Assembly (NCBI GenBank): GCA_004431415.1
Contig: QPMI01000498.1
Location: 15,698-79,697, forward strand
Direction of reading: 5' to 3'
Origin: Cyanophora paradoxa CCMP329
Taxonomy: Eukaryota > Plantae > Glaucophyta
DNA: 64,000 nucleotides
The translations under genes and the position numbers were made by a program. The first letter of the stretch is position 1. Every line of letters starts with the position of its first letter. Positions 23,401-36,377 of the stretch are shown here, in pieces. The notes under the pieces are model-generated. The model saw only the letters and a program-made list of their open reading frames with translations, was not told the DNA's origin and ran no database searches.

Positions 23401-25174
23401 GCCCCGGCCCCGGCCCCCGCCCAGCCCGGCGGGGGCCTGAGCAGCATGGCGGAGCACATCCTCACGCACCGCTTCCTCGAGGTGCCGGGGCATGCGCACC
23501 CGCCCGCCTCCTCGCTCGGGCCCGGGCCCGGGCCCGGGCCCGCCGCCCCTCCGCCGCCGCCCTCCAACGCCAAGCTGCTCCTCCTACACCCCCGGCCCCT
23601 CAACTCCCCGGACATCCCGGACCCCGAGCCGCATCAGCGGGAGCAGCAGGAGCAGGACGCGGCCTCGGGCGGGGGCGAGGGGGATGGATTCGGGGCCGCC
23701 GCCGCCTCCTTTTCCTCCTCCCCCTTGCGGCGGGCCGCCCGCTGGCTCCTGCACGCGGGGACCCTCGACCCGCCCTGCCTCGAAGCCCAGTACCAGCGCT
23801 TCTACGCCGCCCACGCCTGGGGCCGGTGCGCACCCTGTACCCCTCGCCCGCTTGCACCCCCCGACCCGGTTCGGTCCAGGGTTCGGTTCCTGTCGGCGCC
23901 GCTTCTCGCCGCGTACTTCGCTTCGATCCTCATCTTCGGCCTCCTCGCCTCCTCGTCCGGCCAGCCCTTCAGGTGCGTCTCTTTCATTCTGATTTCCACT
24001 TTTTTCTAATTTCAGGGTACCCCCGCACTGGGCCCGCAGCATCCACGCCGGGGAGAGCATGCGAGAGCACCTCTGGCGTACCCGTGTGGACTGGATCCTC
24101 GAGGTGCGGGGGTACAAAATTCTTCAGGTCCCCAGGGGAGGGGTACCGAACCCGGGCGGCCGCCCCGCAGCTCGGCGTCGTCGGGGGTACATTCGTCGTC
24201 GGCGTCGGCCTCCTCTACGTGCCTTCCCCCCCCCCCCCCCCTCCGCCTCCATCTCCATTTATGCCCCGAGCAGGCCCGCCCCGCCCGCGTCGTACCCTTC
24301 TTCCCCTATCTTGTCGTGTTCGCGTTCTTGTTGGCACAGGTACCCCCTTTGCACAATCTCGTCGCTTCCTGCATACCCTCTCCGAGACGCGGTACCCCTG
24401 CAGTTCGCGGGCCTGACCTCGCTGAAGCGTATTATGGACGACCCCGGTGCGAATCGCCCCCCCGCCCCCCCCCCCCCCCCCCCCCCGCCCCACCACACCC
24501 CGAGGCGCCGCGCGTACCCCGAAAGCGGTATCATGTACCCCCCGCTTCCCCGCAGAGCTGAAGAACCCCGGCCGGAGCGTGGGCAGGGCGCTGCGGGGCC
24601 CCCCGGCGACGTGGTACCCCGAGGTGCCTTGCCTCCCCCCCCTGTCGAACTTTTTCCTCTTTTTTCGGGGCCGCCCGTTTCTCATGTCTCTTTCGTTTCA
24701 GTTCTGGTACAAGATCAGCTCCGCCGACCAGGTGCCCGACGCGTCGCGCGCCCTCGAAATCAGAACTGACGCGTACCCCCCCAGTTCTTCTTCCTGTCGT
24801 CGACCTTCTGGCTGCCGCTGCGGCTCTACCTCGCCGCCTCCTCCGCCGTCCTCGTCTACGCCGCCTACGTCCTCCTCGCCGCCGCCCCCGCCGAGTGCGC
24901 CGCGCCCCGGCCCGGCCCGGCTTCTTCTCCTCATTCTTCTTCTCCTTCTTGTTATTAATTATGGACGCGCAGCTTCTTCATCTACTACGTCAACTTTTTG
25001 ATCGTGCCGTCGGCCATCGGAGGTGCGCTCCGCTCTGCTTCGCCCCGTCTGCTCCCCGATAGATGGCGCTCCGTCTGACGGCGCCTTTTCGCCGCAGCGA
25101 TCGCGTGCGCGCGGGCGGAGGTGAACCTCAGGCGCCGCTTCTGCATCGAGCGCGGCCTCGTCACCTCCCGCTAG
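20477..25174 (+). CDS. Polytopic membrane protein: two class-III adenylyl-cyclase-type ~6TM anchors joined by a Pro/Ser-rich linker, no catalytic domain
   Basis: Block 1: FRLRVPDRESNAVGLERHYALANA..VAVALAAFASVIAA..FVVGVPLLLVVFGLSFF..LIGLRFHVSVAVTILLVAQ..LLAVGASYLRDRNERRLFLQELR. Block 2: LDPPCLEAQYQRFYAAHAWGRVRFL..FWLPLRLYLAASSAVLVYAAYVLL..AIACARAEVNLRRRFCIERGLVTSR* (stop 25172-25174). Start at 20477 or 20609. Confidence 0.7.
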
Positions 25175-25889
25175 GCCTAGGCCTAGCCGGCCAGCCGGGC
25201 CCGCTCGTCCTAGTCCTGTGCTGGTCCTGGGCTGGTCCTGGGCCGGTCCTGTGCGTGCCGGCCGCCTCGAACTACTACTGCCGGCGGGCCCGGGGGCCGC
25301 CTCTTCCTCGATCTCGGCCTCTTCATGGGCTGGCCAGCCGGGCCTGCGCGTGGCCATGGCGGCGGGGCCGCCTCGAACTACCGTAGTACTGCTTCATGCG
25401 TGCGAGAGCCCGCGCCCGAGCACGGGGCTCACCGCGCGCGCTGGATCGGCCTCCGCTGATTCGTTTCTTTCTTTGCTTCCTTCATTATCATATATATAGT
25501 ATTTTCTGTACCATCGTTCTACGTACGTCGTAGTATAGCGTGGTTTCAGAGTGCGCGCGTCGCGATCGTTTCCTCTTGGTGCTCAGTGCTTAGTGGTACG
25601 ATCTCTTTTCTGTTAGTTACCGCAGTAGTCCCCACACATTGAGAACAGCAAAACACATGCATCAACCGTATTTCTGCTATTATAATCGAGAACTTCTTAA
25701 AAATATTATGCGTAGACTTGGATTTTTCTTCTTCTTCAATTTCACATAGCATGCGCAGTTTATGTTTACTAGTACTATACTTAGCTTAACTGGCGTCACG
25801 GCGTATGTGCTTGAGGCTCTGGAGCGGGTTGCAGCGGGTTGGGATCGGAAAATGGGCCTCCTGGCCATGGCGGCATGGGGAAGGCGGTA

Positions 25890-26016
25890 TCACCGGTATC
25901 GGTACAGAAAACCTCCACTCTCCGGCTCCGGTCCCCCCGCGCCCCCGGCGCCCGCCCCCTCACTGACTCACCGGTACCGGTCCAGAAACTGACTCACCGG
26001 TACCCGTACAGAAACT
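25890..26016 (+). repeat. Short tandem repeat (~26 bp, ctgactcaccggtacc.gt.cagaaa)
   Basis: Two adjacent near-identical copies at ~25963-26016 and a degenerate copy at ~25890-25911. Confidence 0.7.
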
Positions 26017-27176
26017 GTCGCGAGATCTAGAGCTTCGATCCGGAATCGGCTTTCCGACATGCATATGTACACTCGGGTTTCACAAAGATTTGTTTTAGTT
26101 CCAACACTATAGTACTCGGCTTTCACAAATATTTGCTGCCCCCAGGAAAGCATTAGATCGAGACCCGGCTGCGGCATATTCAGACCCGGCTGCGGTTTGC
26201 ATTGCATTTTTCTTATTCCCCCTGCCCCCCTGCCCCCTGCCCCCTGCCCCTGCCCCCCCCTCCCCCCCCCCCCCCTCTTTCCCTAAGTTCTTCTTCCCCG
26301 GGCCCGCCCCCGCCCGCCCCACGTCCTTGTCCTCGTTAAACGTTGACGTCCCCCGCCGGCCGGCCCCGTGCGTGGCGGCCTCCAGATCCGATGATCTGGA
26401 TGCCCTCCGCGCGCCAGGCTGGACCTTCCGGTGCCCCTCTAGATCTCCTTTTCCAGTTCCTGGGCATTTAATTTCCCATGCCGCGCCCCCGCTGCGGCGT
26501 CCCATCCTCACTGACTCGGTGATTCACTGGCTTGCTCACGATCACTGAATTAAATTTGAGACCTCGCTCGATTTGAAACTGCGATGAAACACAATATAAG
26601 TTAAAGATCATCGATCGAAGGTGTGACAAATGGCCCCGAGCCACGTCAGACCACGTGCCACGGTGCACGATCTACTCTAGGCCTGGCCTGCACATGCCTA
26701 TCGCACGTGCAAAAGACGACGTAAAGTCCGATTACCGAGATCGACTGAAACTCTTAGTAAGGAAGTCGTAATTCTCTGCCTATTCTACACGGATCGTTGA
26801 TGTTCGTTGAGAAACCTATCACCAGTCCACTGGCCATGTGTACCTACGCTCACGATCTCCGTCTCGGCGAAGCACCGCCGCGCTGAACAGCTGATTCTCG
26901 TCACGGCATTCGATGACCGATCAAGCACGCAAGCACAGACGACGCGGAAAACCACACGAAAGCTATATAGCCAATAGTACAACCTATTGAAAGCTAAAGA
27001 TGGGGGGAAATCCACTCGGGGAAAGCACACGAAATCCACACGGCGATGAAAAGGAGAATGCACACGTTGAAATCGGCCTAAGAAATCTAAATCCTGATCT
27101 TTATACGAGGGGAGCTCAGGGCGGAGGACGAGGGGGGGGGGGGGGGGGGGGGGGGGGGAGCCCTGCCCTCCTGTCC

Positions 27177-30100
27177 TCAGGGGCCCTCCTCGGGGAGGGC
27201 GGCGGGGCCCGGGCCCATTACGACGGGCACGGCGATGGGCGAGGCGCGGCGGGCCTCCTGCAGCCACTTCTCCGTCTCCGCGATGCTGTCCACCGTCGTC
27301 TCGGAGAGCAGGCGCGCCCCGAAGCCGAGGGTCGTCCCCTGCTCCCCGTCCGGCGCCTCGTACCCCAGCTGGCCCAGCGCCGAGGCCCGCTCGGCGAAGG
27401 GGCGCATGCCGGCGGCGCGCGCGAGGGCGAAGGCCTTCTCGAAGCGGGCGCGGGCGCGGCGCTGGGAGCCGAGGAGGGCGAGCCAGCGGCCCTCGTGGAG
27501 GGCGCTGGCGGCGGCGGCGGCGGCGTGGCGGGCCGCGCCGGCGGCGAGGGCGGCGAGCACGTCGCGGAGGGCGGCGCGGAGGCAGCGGGTCCATCCCTCC
27601 TCCGTCTCGCCGTAGTCGGCGGCGGCGGCGCTGTTGCGCTGGGCGAAGGTGGCGAGGAGGGGCCCCCCGTAGACGAGGTTGCGGCGCGAGGCCGTGCGGC
27701 GCGCCGCCTCCGCCGCGAAGCGCTCGGTGTACCCCCCGCGAGGAGGTCGGCGAGGGCGTCGGCGAGGAAGCAGAGGGGCACGAGGGCGAGGGCGAGCGGG
27801 GGCACGCCGGCGGCGGCGGGGAGGCGGCGGCGGCGGTGCTGGCGGAGCGCCTCGACGCCGGCCATCGCCTCCGCCTCGGCCTCCTCGGGGCGGCCCTCGA
27901 GCAGGCGGAGGCGGGCGGCGGCGGCGCGGACCAGCAGCGCCTCGAGCACGAAGCGCTCCTCGGCGAAGGCGGCGCGGGCCTCGAGCAGCGCGCCGGCGAC
28001 GTTCTCCTCGGAGAGGCCGCCGGTGGCGGGGGGCGAGGAGGGCCCGGGGCCCAGCATGCGCGACGAGGCCCAGCCGACGAGGCCCCAGAGCAGCTGCTGC
28101 CGGTTGTCGCCCTCCCGCGCCTGCCGGATCTGCGGCGCCTCAGCGGGAAAGAAGGGAGGGGCGGGCGGGGGGGGGGGGGGGGGGGGGGGGGGGGCGGACG
28201 AGGGCGTCGAAGAGGCGGGCGGCCTCGGCCTCGTTGCCGCGGAGCAGGTGCGAGGCGCCGTGGACGGCCAGCAGCTCGCCCACTGACCGCGTGTCCCCAC
28301 TGACCGCAGCTGCGGCGGCGAGGACGGCCCCGCTCAGGGCGCAGCCGGCGAGGGCGGGGAGCGGGGCGCACGCGGGAGGCGCCGGTGCGGGCGGCGGCGT
28401 CGATGGCGGCGAAGCGCGCCGCGAGCACGTCCGCCGCGATCTGAGGGGCCCCGGGGCGCTCAGGTGAGCCCCGGGCCGGGGCGGGTGCCGGGAGGGGCCT
28501 CGCTCGCTCCCGCTCACCTGAGCGACGAGGCAGACGCCGGAGACGCGGCCGCCGGGGAGCGTCGCCGATGCGGCACGCGACATCTCCAGCAGCCGCTCCC
28601 CCGCCCGCGCCCGGCCCCCCACGTGCTGCGCGGGAAGTGAGGGGATGGGGGAGGAGTGCAGGGGGGGTAGGCGTGCGTGCGCACGGCAAGGGCGGAGCCG
28701 GCGAGGGCAAGGGCCTCGGCGCGCTCGAGGGGGTCCTTGCAGCGCCCCGCCGCCTTCAGCTTCTTCGTCGCTGCGGCGCGCGGCGCGCAGAAGGCGGGAG
28801 AGAAAGAAAGATAAGACAAAGCGAGCGTTGGGGGGGGGGGGGGGGGGGGGGTACCGTAGAAGGCGGCGGAGGCGGCGTCGCCGGTGTGGAGGAGGAGGGG
28901 CACGTAGACGGAGAGGACGCGGGAGAGGACCGCAGCGCGCTGCTCCTCGGGGGGCGCCGCGTGCTCCGCGAGGGCGTTCTCCAGCGACTCCGTGTCGCCC
29001 CACTCGTTCAGCCGCCGCCGCTGCCGCAGCGAGGCCGCCGCCGGCCGCGCCGCCCGCGCCAGCGCCGCCCGCAGCAGCGCCGCCAGCACGGCGAGCGTCG
29101 AGGGCGGCTGCTCCGCCGTCGGCAGGCCCATCGTCTTCAGGCACTGCTCGGCCGACTGCAGCGCCTGCGCGGCCCGCCCCAGGCTGTAGCAGGCGGCCGC
29201 GTGCAGCTGCCACCGGCGCGCCGCGGCGACGGCCCAGCCCTAGGGAAAAGATGAGAGAGTCCTCTAGGGACGGGGGGAGAGCAGACTCTCACCGGGTTGG
29301 TGGAGGATCGGCGGGCGGAGAAGGGGGCGAGGGTGGGGAGGCTCTTGCCGTAGGAGACGGCGAGGGACTGGTTGGCGATGGCGAGGGCGTCGCGGTAGCG
29401 CCCCTCCTCTACGGCGACCGCCGCCGCCACGTCCAGGTACGGGCTCGCCAGCTCGTGCGCCCCCGCCGCCACGTAGTGGCACGCGATCTGCGGGGCGTGA
29501 GTGAGAAGGGGCCGGGCCGGGGCGGGCCGGGCCGGGGCGGGGCGGACGGAGTGGGCGACGGCCTTGTTGCGGCGGAGGGCGGTGCGGGCGAGGTACTCGG
29601 CCGAGCGCCACGCCAGGTACGCGAGGCTGCCGTCGCGTCGGAAGAAGGGGGGGGAGGGGGGGGAGGAATCGGCGCACTCGTCCTTGGAGAGGACGGAGCG
29701 GAGGACCTCGGCGTGCGACGGCTGCGGCGAAAGCGCGCGGTGAGCGGCCGCCCGGCGCCGCCGCGCGGGCCTCTGGACGGGGGCGGGGGCGGGGCCTCTG
29801 GACGGGGTACCTGGACGAAGAGGTACTCGTGGAGGCCGCCAGCGACGGTGACGCGCGAGAGCAGCCCGTGGCGCTCCAGCACCTGGGGGGGTACGCGGCT
29901 CGAGGAGGAGGGGGGGGGGAAGCGCGAGGGGGGTAGGGCACCGTGAGGGAGGCGGCGGTGGCGCGCCACTCGACGGCGCCCTCGATCGCGTACTGGCGGG
30001 AGGGGGCGCTCAGATCAGACGGCTCAGGTGAGGCGGGGGGAGCTCAGATCAGGCGAGGCGGACCTGGGCGAGGCCGGCCTCGAAGCGGGGCCCGAGGGCG

Positions 30101-33100
30101 GAGCAGAGCTTGATGACGAGGGCGGGGAGCGCGGGGACGCGGTCGAGGTGCGAGAGGACCGCCACCGACCGCAGCGTCTCTGCCCCGCCCGTCAGAAAAG
30201 GAAGGAAAAGGGGGGAAAAGGGAGGGGTGGGTGTACCCGGGACGGGGAAGCCGCGCTGGTGCTCCTCGTCGAGGACGGGGGGCCCCGAGGGCGGGTAGGG
30301 CGGGGGCAGGCGGGAGGCCGAGCCCGAGCCGTTCGAGTGCATCGAGGCCCGCGAGAGGTTCGCCTGCGCCGGTGGTCAGCCGGCTCCAGGCAGCGCCCGG
30401 GCCCGGGCGGGGGCGTGGGGGTTTTGCTGTCCGAGGCTCGCGAGGGCTCTTCCTCCGCGCACAGCGCCCGGGGCGATCCACCCCCCCCCCCCCAGCCCGG
30501 CTCACCTGAGAGTCGAGCATGGAGAGGCCGGCAAGGACGCGGCCGTTGTCCACCTGCGCGGGGCCGCCTCGGGCCGGGCCGGGCCCGGGAGGCGGGGCGG
30601 GGCGAGACAGCTGGGGGCACCTCGATGAGGCCGCAGCGGAGCAGGTGCAGCGCCATCTCCCGCAGCGCGTACGGGCTACCCCCGCTCTGCGCGGGGAGGG
30701 GAGAGAGGGCGTCGGGGCGAGGGGTCGGCGGTGGGGGTACAGCGGGCGCGGGCGGACCTTCTCCATGAGGCGGTGCGCCAGCCACTCGGAGAAGTTCTCC
30801 ACCCGCACCTTCAGCACGCGCGCCACGTACCCCCGCACCTCTTCTGCGGGGGAGGGGGGGAGCGTGAGGGGGTACGGGGCGAGGTCGAGGGGTACGGGGC
30901 CGCACCGACGGACTCGAGGGGCCCGAGCGTGACGAGGCGCGTCCGGTCGCTCCGGCGGAGCGCGCTGTACTCCGGGCACACCTGGGGGGTACGGCATTCG
31001 GTGGCGGGGGGAGGGGGGGGGGAGGAAAAAGGGGAGGAAGGGCCCACCGTGTGGCCGGGGACGGGTCGTGACGTCACGAAGACGTACGCCGAGCTGCGGG
31101 GGGTTCGGCGGATCAGGCGCGGGCAAGGAAGGGGGGTACGCCGCGGGGCGGGCGGGCCTCGACATGGCGACGAAGGAGAGCAGCTTCATGGAGGGGGCGT
31201 CCAGCGCGTGCCTGGGTACAGGTCGGCGCCCGGGAGGGGTTTGGGGGGGGGATACGTGCACGCACAGGTCGTCGACGAGGAGGAGGGCGCCGAGGCGGCG
31301 GAGGGCGGTCTCGAGGAGGGCCGCGAGGAAGAGGAAGAGGCGGTGGGCCTGCGAGCCGGGCTCCATCGGGTAGTCCACCATGGCTCCCGCCGGCGACCCC
31401 GGGTCCTCCGGGTCCCCCATGAACGAGACCAGCGAGGGCGAGCGCGAGCGCAGCAGGCCGGCCGCGGGGCTCGAGAGGGGCCCCGGGCCGGCGCGGGGCC
31501 CGGCGCGAGCCCCGCGAGGGCCGGCGGGGGCGGCGCCCCCGGCGTCGGGGCCCCCAGGAAGGACTGCGGGGCCGAGTTGGAGGCGGAGCCGGTGGCGGAG
31601 CGGTCGCCGAAGCCGCCGCCGGCGCCGCGGGCGCGGCCCGAGGGGTAGAAGGTGGCGTCGGTGAGGAGGCGTGCGAGGACGTGGACGTTGTAGGGGGTGG
31701 CGAGCTGCGGGTCCAGCGCCCGCACGAAGGCCCGCGCGTCGCCCTCCATCCGACCGTCCAGCGTCGCAACCGCGTCCCGCACGGCGGTCCCGTGCGCCGC
31801 CCCGGCCACGGGGCCCCGCGGCGAGGCCGGCTCGCTGACCTCACCCCAGGCGACGTGCCCCTTGCGCGGCGAGCTGCGGCCGTCGCTGAGCTCCACGGTC
31901 GTCACCGCCGCGCCCGGCTGCGGGCTCCCGCTTGTGGCCCGCGGCGGAGGCGACGCGTTCGCGCCGAGGAAGAACGAGGGCGGCAGGCCGGTCGAGGTCC
32001 CCGCCCCCGAGGAGGACGGCGAGAAGGCCGGGGAGAGGGCGGGCGGCGCCAGCGCGCGGGCCTCGGCCAGGCCGGCGAAGCCTTTGCCGACGACCTGCGA
32101 CGCCAGCTGAAGGCTCGGGTCCTCTGTCGGGTCCACCAGGCTCGACGCCGAGAGCGGCGGCAGCCGCGACGTCGGCGCCGCCGCCGGCGCCCCGAGCCCC
32201 GCCCCGGCCCCGCCGGCGCCGGTGCCGGCCCCGGTGACGGAGCCCGAGCCGGGCCCTACCGAGGAGCGGGGATCCGAGGTTACGGAAGAGCGCGGGTTGG
32301 TGCCCCCCGCGGGGCGCGAGGGGGCCCCCTCCGCCCCCTCCCGCTCCGGCCGCACCATCGCGATCAGAAGCTGCGCGCGGGGCCTCAGCCCACGCGGCGC
32401 CTTCCCACCCCCAATCTCTCTCCGCGTACCCCCCGGACGGCCTCGTAGGGGTACATCTCCTTGGGGTCGGCCTGGACGCTCAGGACGGGCACGTCGACGA
32501 CGGCCGCGAGGCGCTCGGCCTCGCTAAAAATAGCCGACTTCCTGCAACCGCCCCGGGCTCAGGCCCCGCGGACTGCAAGGCAAGGCGCGGCTCGCTTCTA
32601 CGTTTAATCTGGCTTGGCGCACCCGTGGCCGGGCCCGCCCTCGACGAAGAGGGTGAAGCTGCCGGCGCCGGCGCGGGCGGCGGCGAGCAGCTCGACGACC
32701 TGGCCCAGGGCCTCGCGCCGCCCGAAGACGCCGCACTCGGGCGAGGCGGCCGCCACCTGCAGCGCCTCGCGCGCCTGCTCCACGCTCATCGCCGCCGCCG
32801 CCGCCGCCGCCGCCTCCTCCTCCTCCACCGCCCCCCCGGCCGCGGCCGCGGCCACGGCGGCGGCCGCCGCAGCGGCGATCGCGGAGGCGCCGGTCGGGTC
32901 GGAGGCGGCGGTGAGGGAGCCCAGGCGCATGGATATGCGGCGCGAGTTGGAGCGCGGGACCTTGGCCCGCGCCTCGCGCTCCGGCCGCGAGACGACCCGG
33001 AAGCACTGCGGGGCACGCGAGTAGGCCCCGCCCTGCGATCCATCCATCCATCCGGCCCGGTCAGCGGCGCGACTCCGCCTTTCTGCGAGCGAGCGAGCGG

Positions 33101-35768
33101 CTCGCACCGAGTCGCCGGGGGGGAGCTGGAGGTCGGCCTCCTCGGTGACGAGGCGCCCCTCGAGGGCGCGCCGCGTCTCGCCGTCCACCAGCACCGCGCC
33201 GCCCGCCGCCGCCCGCATCAGGCGAGCCGCCTGCGAGCACGCCCTGCGCGCAGCGCAGCGGAGCGGATCGAGGAAGAAAGTGAGCGGCGCGGGCCCCCGG
33301 ACCGAGGAAGCGAGCGGGGCGGGGCGGGGCGGGGCGGACCGGCCGATGCAGGAGAACTCTGCGCGGGACTCGTCGCCGACGATGCCGACGAACGTGGGCG
33401 CCGTGGCGATGCCGACGGAGGCGGGGCCGAGGCCGTCGCGGCTGAACCCGTCGCGGATGCGCAGCGCCGCCCCCGCCGCGCGGAACGCGTCCTCGGGGCC
33501 CGCCTCCGCCCCGATCGCGCCCCACTGCCCGCAAGTTAAGCTTACGGAGGAAGGGTGGGGCGGACGCGGGGCGGGCGGGCGAGCAGCAGCCGGACGGACC
33601 GTGGCCACGCACTGCCGAGAGACATAACAGTGTCAGTCAGCCAGGCGGTCACAACAAACACACGAGAGAGCAGAGCAGGGGGCTGGCGCACGCAGAGGTC
33701 GTCCTGGTCGACGAAGAGGCCGCGGATGACGCCGCCGCCGCCCTCGAGGGCGCTCTGGAGCACGCGGGCGCAGCGGAGCAGCCACTGGAGCTTCTCCTTG
33801 GGGAACTCGGGGGACTCGAGGCCGGCCGACGAGAACCCATCCACCCGCACGCACGCGCACGTCACGGGGCGGAGCTCCATCGGCAGCCTGCCGCCGCCCC
33901 CCGCCGGCGCCAGCTAAGAGGGGACCAGGGCGAGCGCGGGCGCTCTCGGTGCGCACCGGGCGCGGTGCTCGAGGGCGGCGCGAAGGTCCCGCGGGAGGCA
34001 CATCAGCATCGAGTCGCGGAGGGGGCCGGGCACCTCGCTCCCCGTCTCCCCCTCGGCCGCCTCGCGCGGGGCCGGCGCCACGGCGCCGGCGCCCCGCTTG
34101 AACGACTGCCCCAGCGCCCGCAGCGCTTCCCGGAAGCGCCCGCTGTTCCCGCTCACGGCCCCAGCCCCGCCGGCGGCCGTCTGCGGCTGCCGGGGCGCGT
34201 CGGGCGCGGGTCGGGCGGCGGGCGCGGTTCGGTGGGGGCGCGCACGCTGCGGGGCGAGCGTGCAGGCGGGTCGTCGACCGCCGAGAGCCGCGGCGTGTTC
34301 GGCGCCGAGCCCGACGGGCGTCGCGCCGAGACCGGAGCTGACAGCGACTGGCGCCGCGGCAGATCCTCCCCGCCGGGCATCCCCGACGCCCCGAAGACGG
34401 CGTACCCCTCTCGCGTGCGCTGCCGGAGGGGTACGAAGCCGCAGCTCGTGGTCCGCGCCACCTGCGGGCGGGGGCGCCTCGTGAGATGGGCCGGGCCCGG
34501 GCGCTTCCAGGCCGGCGGGGGGACCGGACGGACCTCAGGGGCGAGGCAGACTTGCTGCGCGTCCGCCAGGCGGATGCCGGCGGCCAGGCGGGCGAGGGGG
34601 GTACCCAAAATGGAGACGCGGCCGTCCCCCCGGGCGTCGTCCTCGCCCAATCGCAGCGCGAAGAAGCGGCCGCAGGAGACGGCGACGTGCAGCCGCAGCC
34701 TGCGCGCGCGTGCGGGCGGGCGTGAGGCGGGAGCGGAGCGGAGCGGGCGGGCGGGCAGGCCCGCCGATGGAGGAGAGCGGGGGGTACGCACTCCTCCTCG
34801 CCCGCGGAGGCCGTGGGGGAGGGCTCGTCGACGACCGAGCCGGCGCGGCCCCGGCTACTTCCGTGGCTCGGGTTGCGGGGCAGGGGCCCCCGCTTCGGCG
34901 TCCCCGGGGCCGGCGAGGCCGGGGTACGGGGCCGCGGCGTCCCCGAGGGTGCCGAGGCGGGGGTGCGGGGCGAGGGCGACGGGGGGCGGGACGGGTCCCG
35001 CTCGCCGGGGTCGAGCGACGTGAGGAGGCCGCCCATGCCGCGGCGCTCCTCGAACTCCATCGCGTCGCTGGCCACGCTGTACTCGTCGTCCTCCTCGTCT
35101 GCGCCGTCCTCGCCCGGCCCCGCCTCGAGGGCGTCGAGGCCGACGACGGCCGTCGCGATCTTGACGGCGGCGCGCGCGGCGCCCTCCAGCGCCTCCTCGG
35201 CGGGGGCGTACACCAGCACCAGCACGGCGTCGCCCAGGAACTGCACGGCGTCCCCGCCGTAGACGCGCGCCCGCTGGATCACCCGCGCGAAGGTCCTGTT
35301 GAGCGCGGCGCCGAGCGCGGCGGCGGCCCTCTGCGTTGCCGTGGCCGGCGAGGCGGCCGCCGCCGAGAGCACGAAGCGCTCCGCGGCCGTTGAGCTGCCG
35401 GAGACGTCCACGAGCACGGCGGCTGCGTAGAATGGGATGGCCGTGCCTCGCGCCGGCGGCAGCGGCGCCGTGGCCCACCGCAGCTGCAGGTCCGACAGGA
35501 GCGCCCGCACCGGAATCTTCGGCTGCGACGCCCCCGCCGTGGCCGCGGTGGCCGTGGGCGAGCGCGGCAACATCGGCTGCGTCGGCGGGCTTGGGCTCGT
35601 GCCAGTGGACGGCTGCGCGCGCGCGCGCGCCTGTCAGCCGCGCCGCGTCGGGGGTCCCTTGATTCTCGTCACACGCACCCCAATGACGCCCCGAAGGAAG
35701 GACTTGGTGGAGAGGCGCGAGCTTCGCAGCTCGCCCTCCACCTCTGCGACCCGCGGCACACCGGCCAT
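27177..35768 (-). CDS. Soluble adenylyl cyclase type 10 (sAC)-like protein: C1 + C2 cyclase domains, STAND P-loop NTPase, TPR-like C-terminus
   Basis: C1: VLVDVSGSS..ALNRTFARVIQRARVYGGDAVQFLGDAVLVL..LRLHVAVSCG..ILGTPLARL. C2: ELRPVTC..GGVIRGLFVDQDD..SVGIATAPTFVGIVGDESRAEFSCIGR|ACSQAARLM. Walker A GGPGHG|KS spans intron 32542-32622. Walker B is LLLVDDL|HALDAPS. A helical/TPR tail follows. ATG at 35768, first intron 35613-35678. Confidence 0.85.
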
Positions 35769-36377
35769 GGCTTCCGCGGCGCGGCTTGAAGATCAACGGC
35801 GAAGGCCGCAAAGCTGTGAGTCAACGGTGAGGGCCGGAAGGCCACATCCCAGTGCGGCGCTCACGTATGCTGCGCTCCGGCTGGCTAACAGTGGCTGCCC
35901 TTGGTTTGCGGGCCGCCGGGCTTGTCACCGCGGTCCATCACTGGTTCCCTGGCATGGGTCGCACATTCAATTGAAGTGCGCGACCCGAGCGGTCGGCCTA
36001 GCTCGAGCTCCGGGAGTCGCGAGGCCGACTAGTACAGTACTCTGCAGCTGTGCGCTTGAGCATACGTCTGCTCGGCTGGCGACGGCTGCTAGCTACAGCC
36101 TGAGCTGTTGCTGCTGCTGCGGCGCCGGCTGCAAACTATAAGCATGCAAAGCGCGCCTCTGGGCGGCTGCCGGCGCCTGCCGCGCCCTGCATGCGCAACA
36201 CCGCAAGCTTACCAAAAAGATGTGGGGGGTACGACCCACGCGTGCATTTTGCGCGACCAATTGGCTGTTTCGAATTTTTTTATATCCGCAATGGTCACGC
36301 TGGTACTGCGCATGCGGTCGGTCGGCGGCGGACTCGGCGCCGGTAAGGCCATACTAAGGCGGGTACCACGTAGTTAT

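Noticed and set aside
26785-29946. Large overlapping Arg/Gly-rich ORFs (e.g. 26785-28710 minus, 28645-29946 plus)
   Set aside because: They are off-frame or antisense shadows of the GC-rich spliced cyclase gene.
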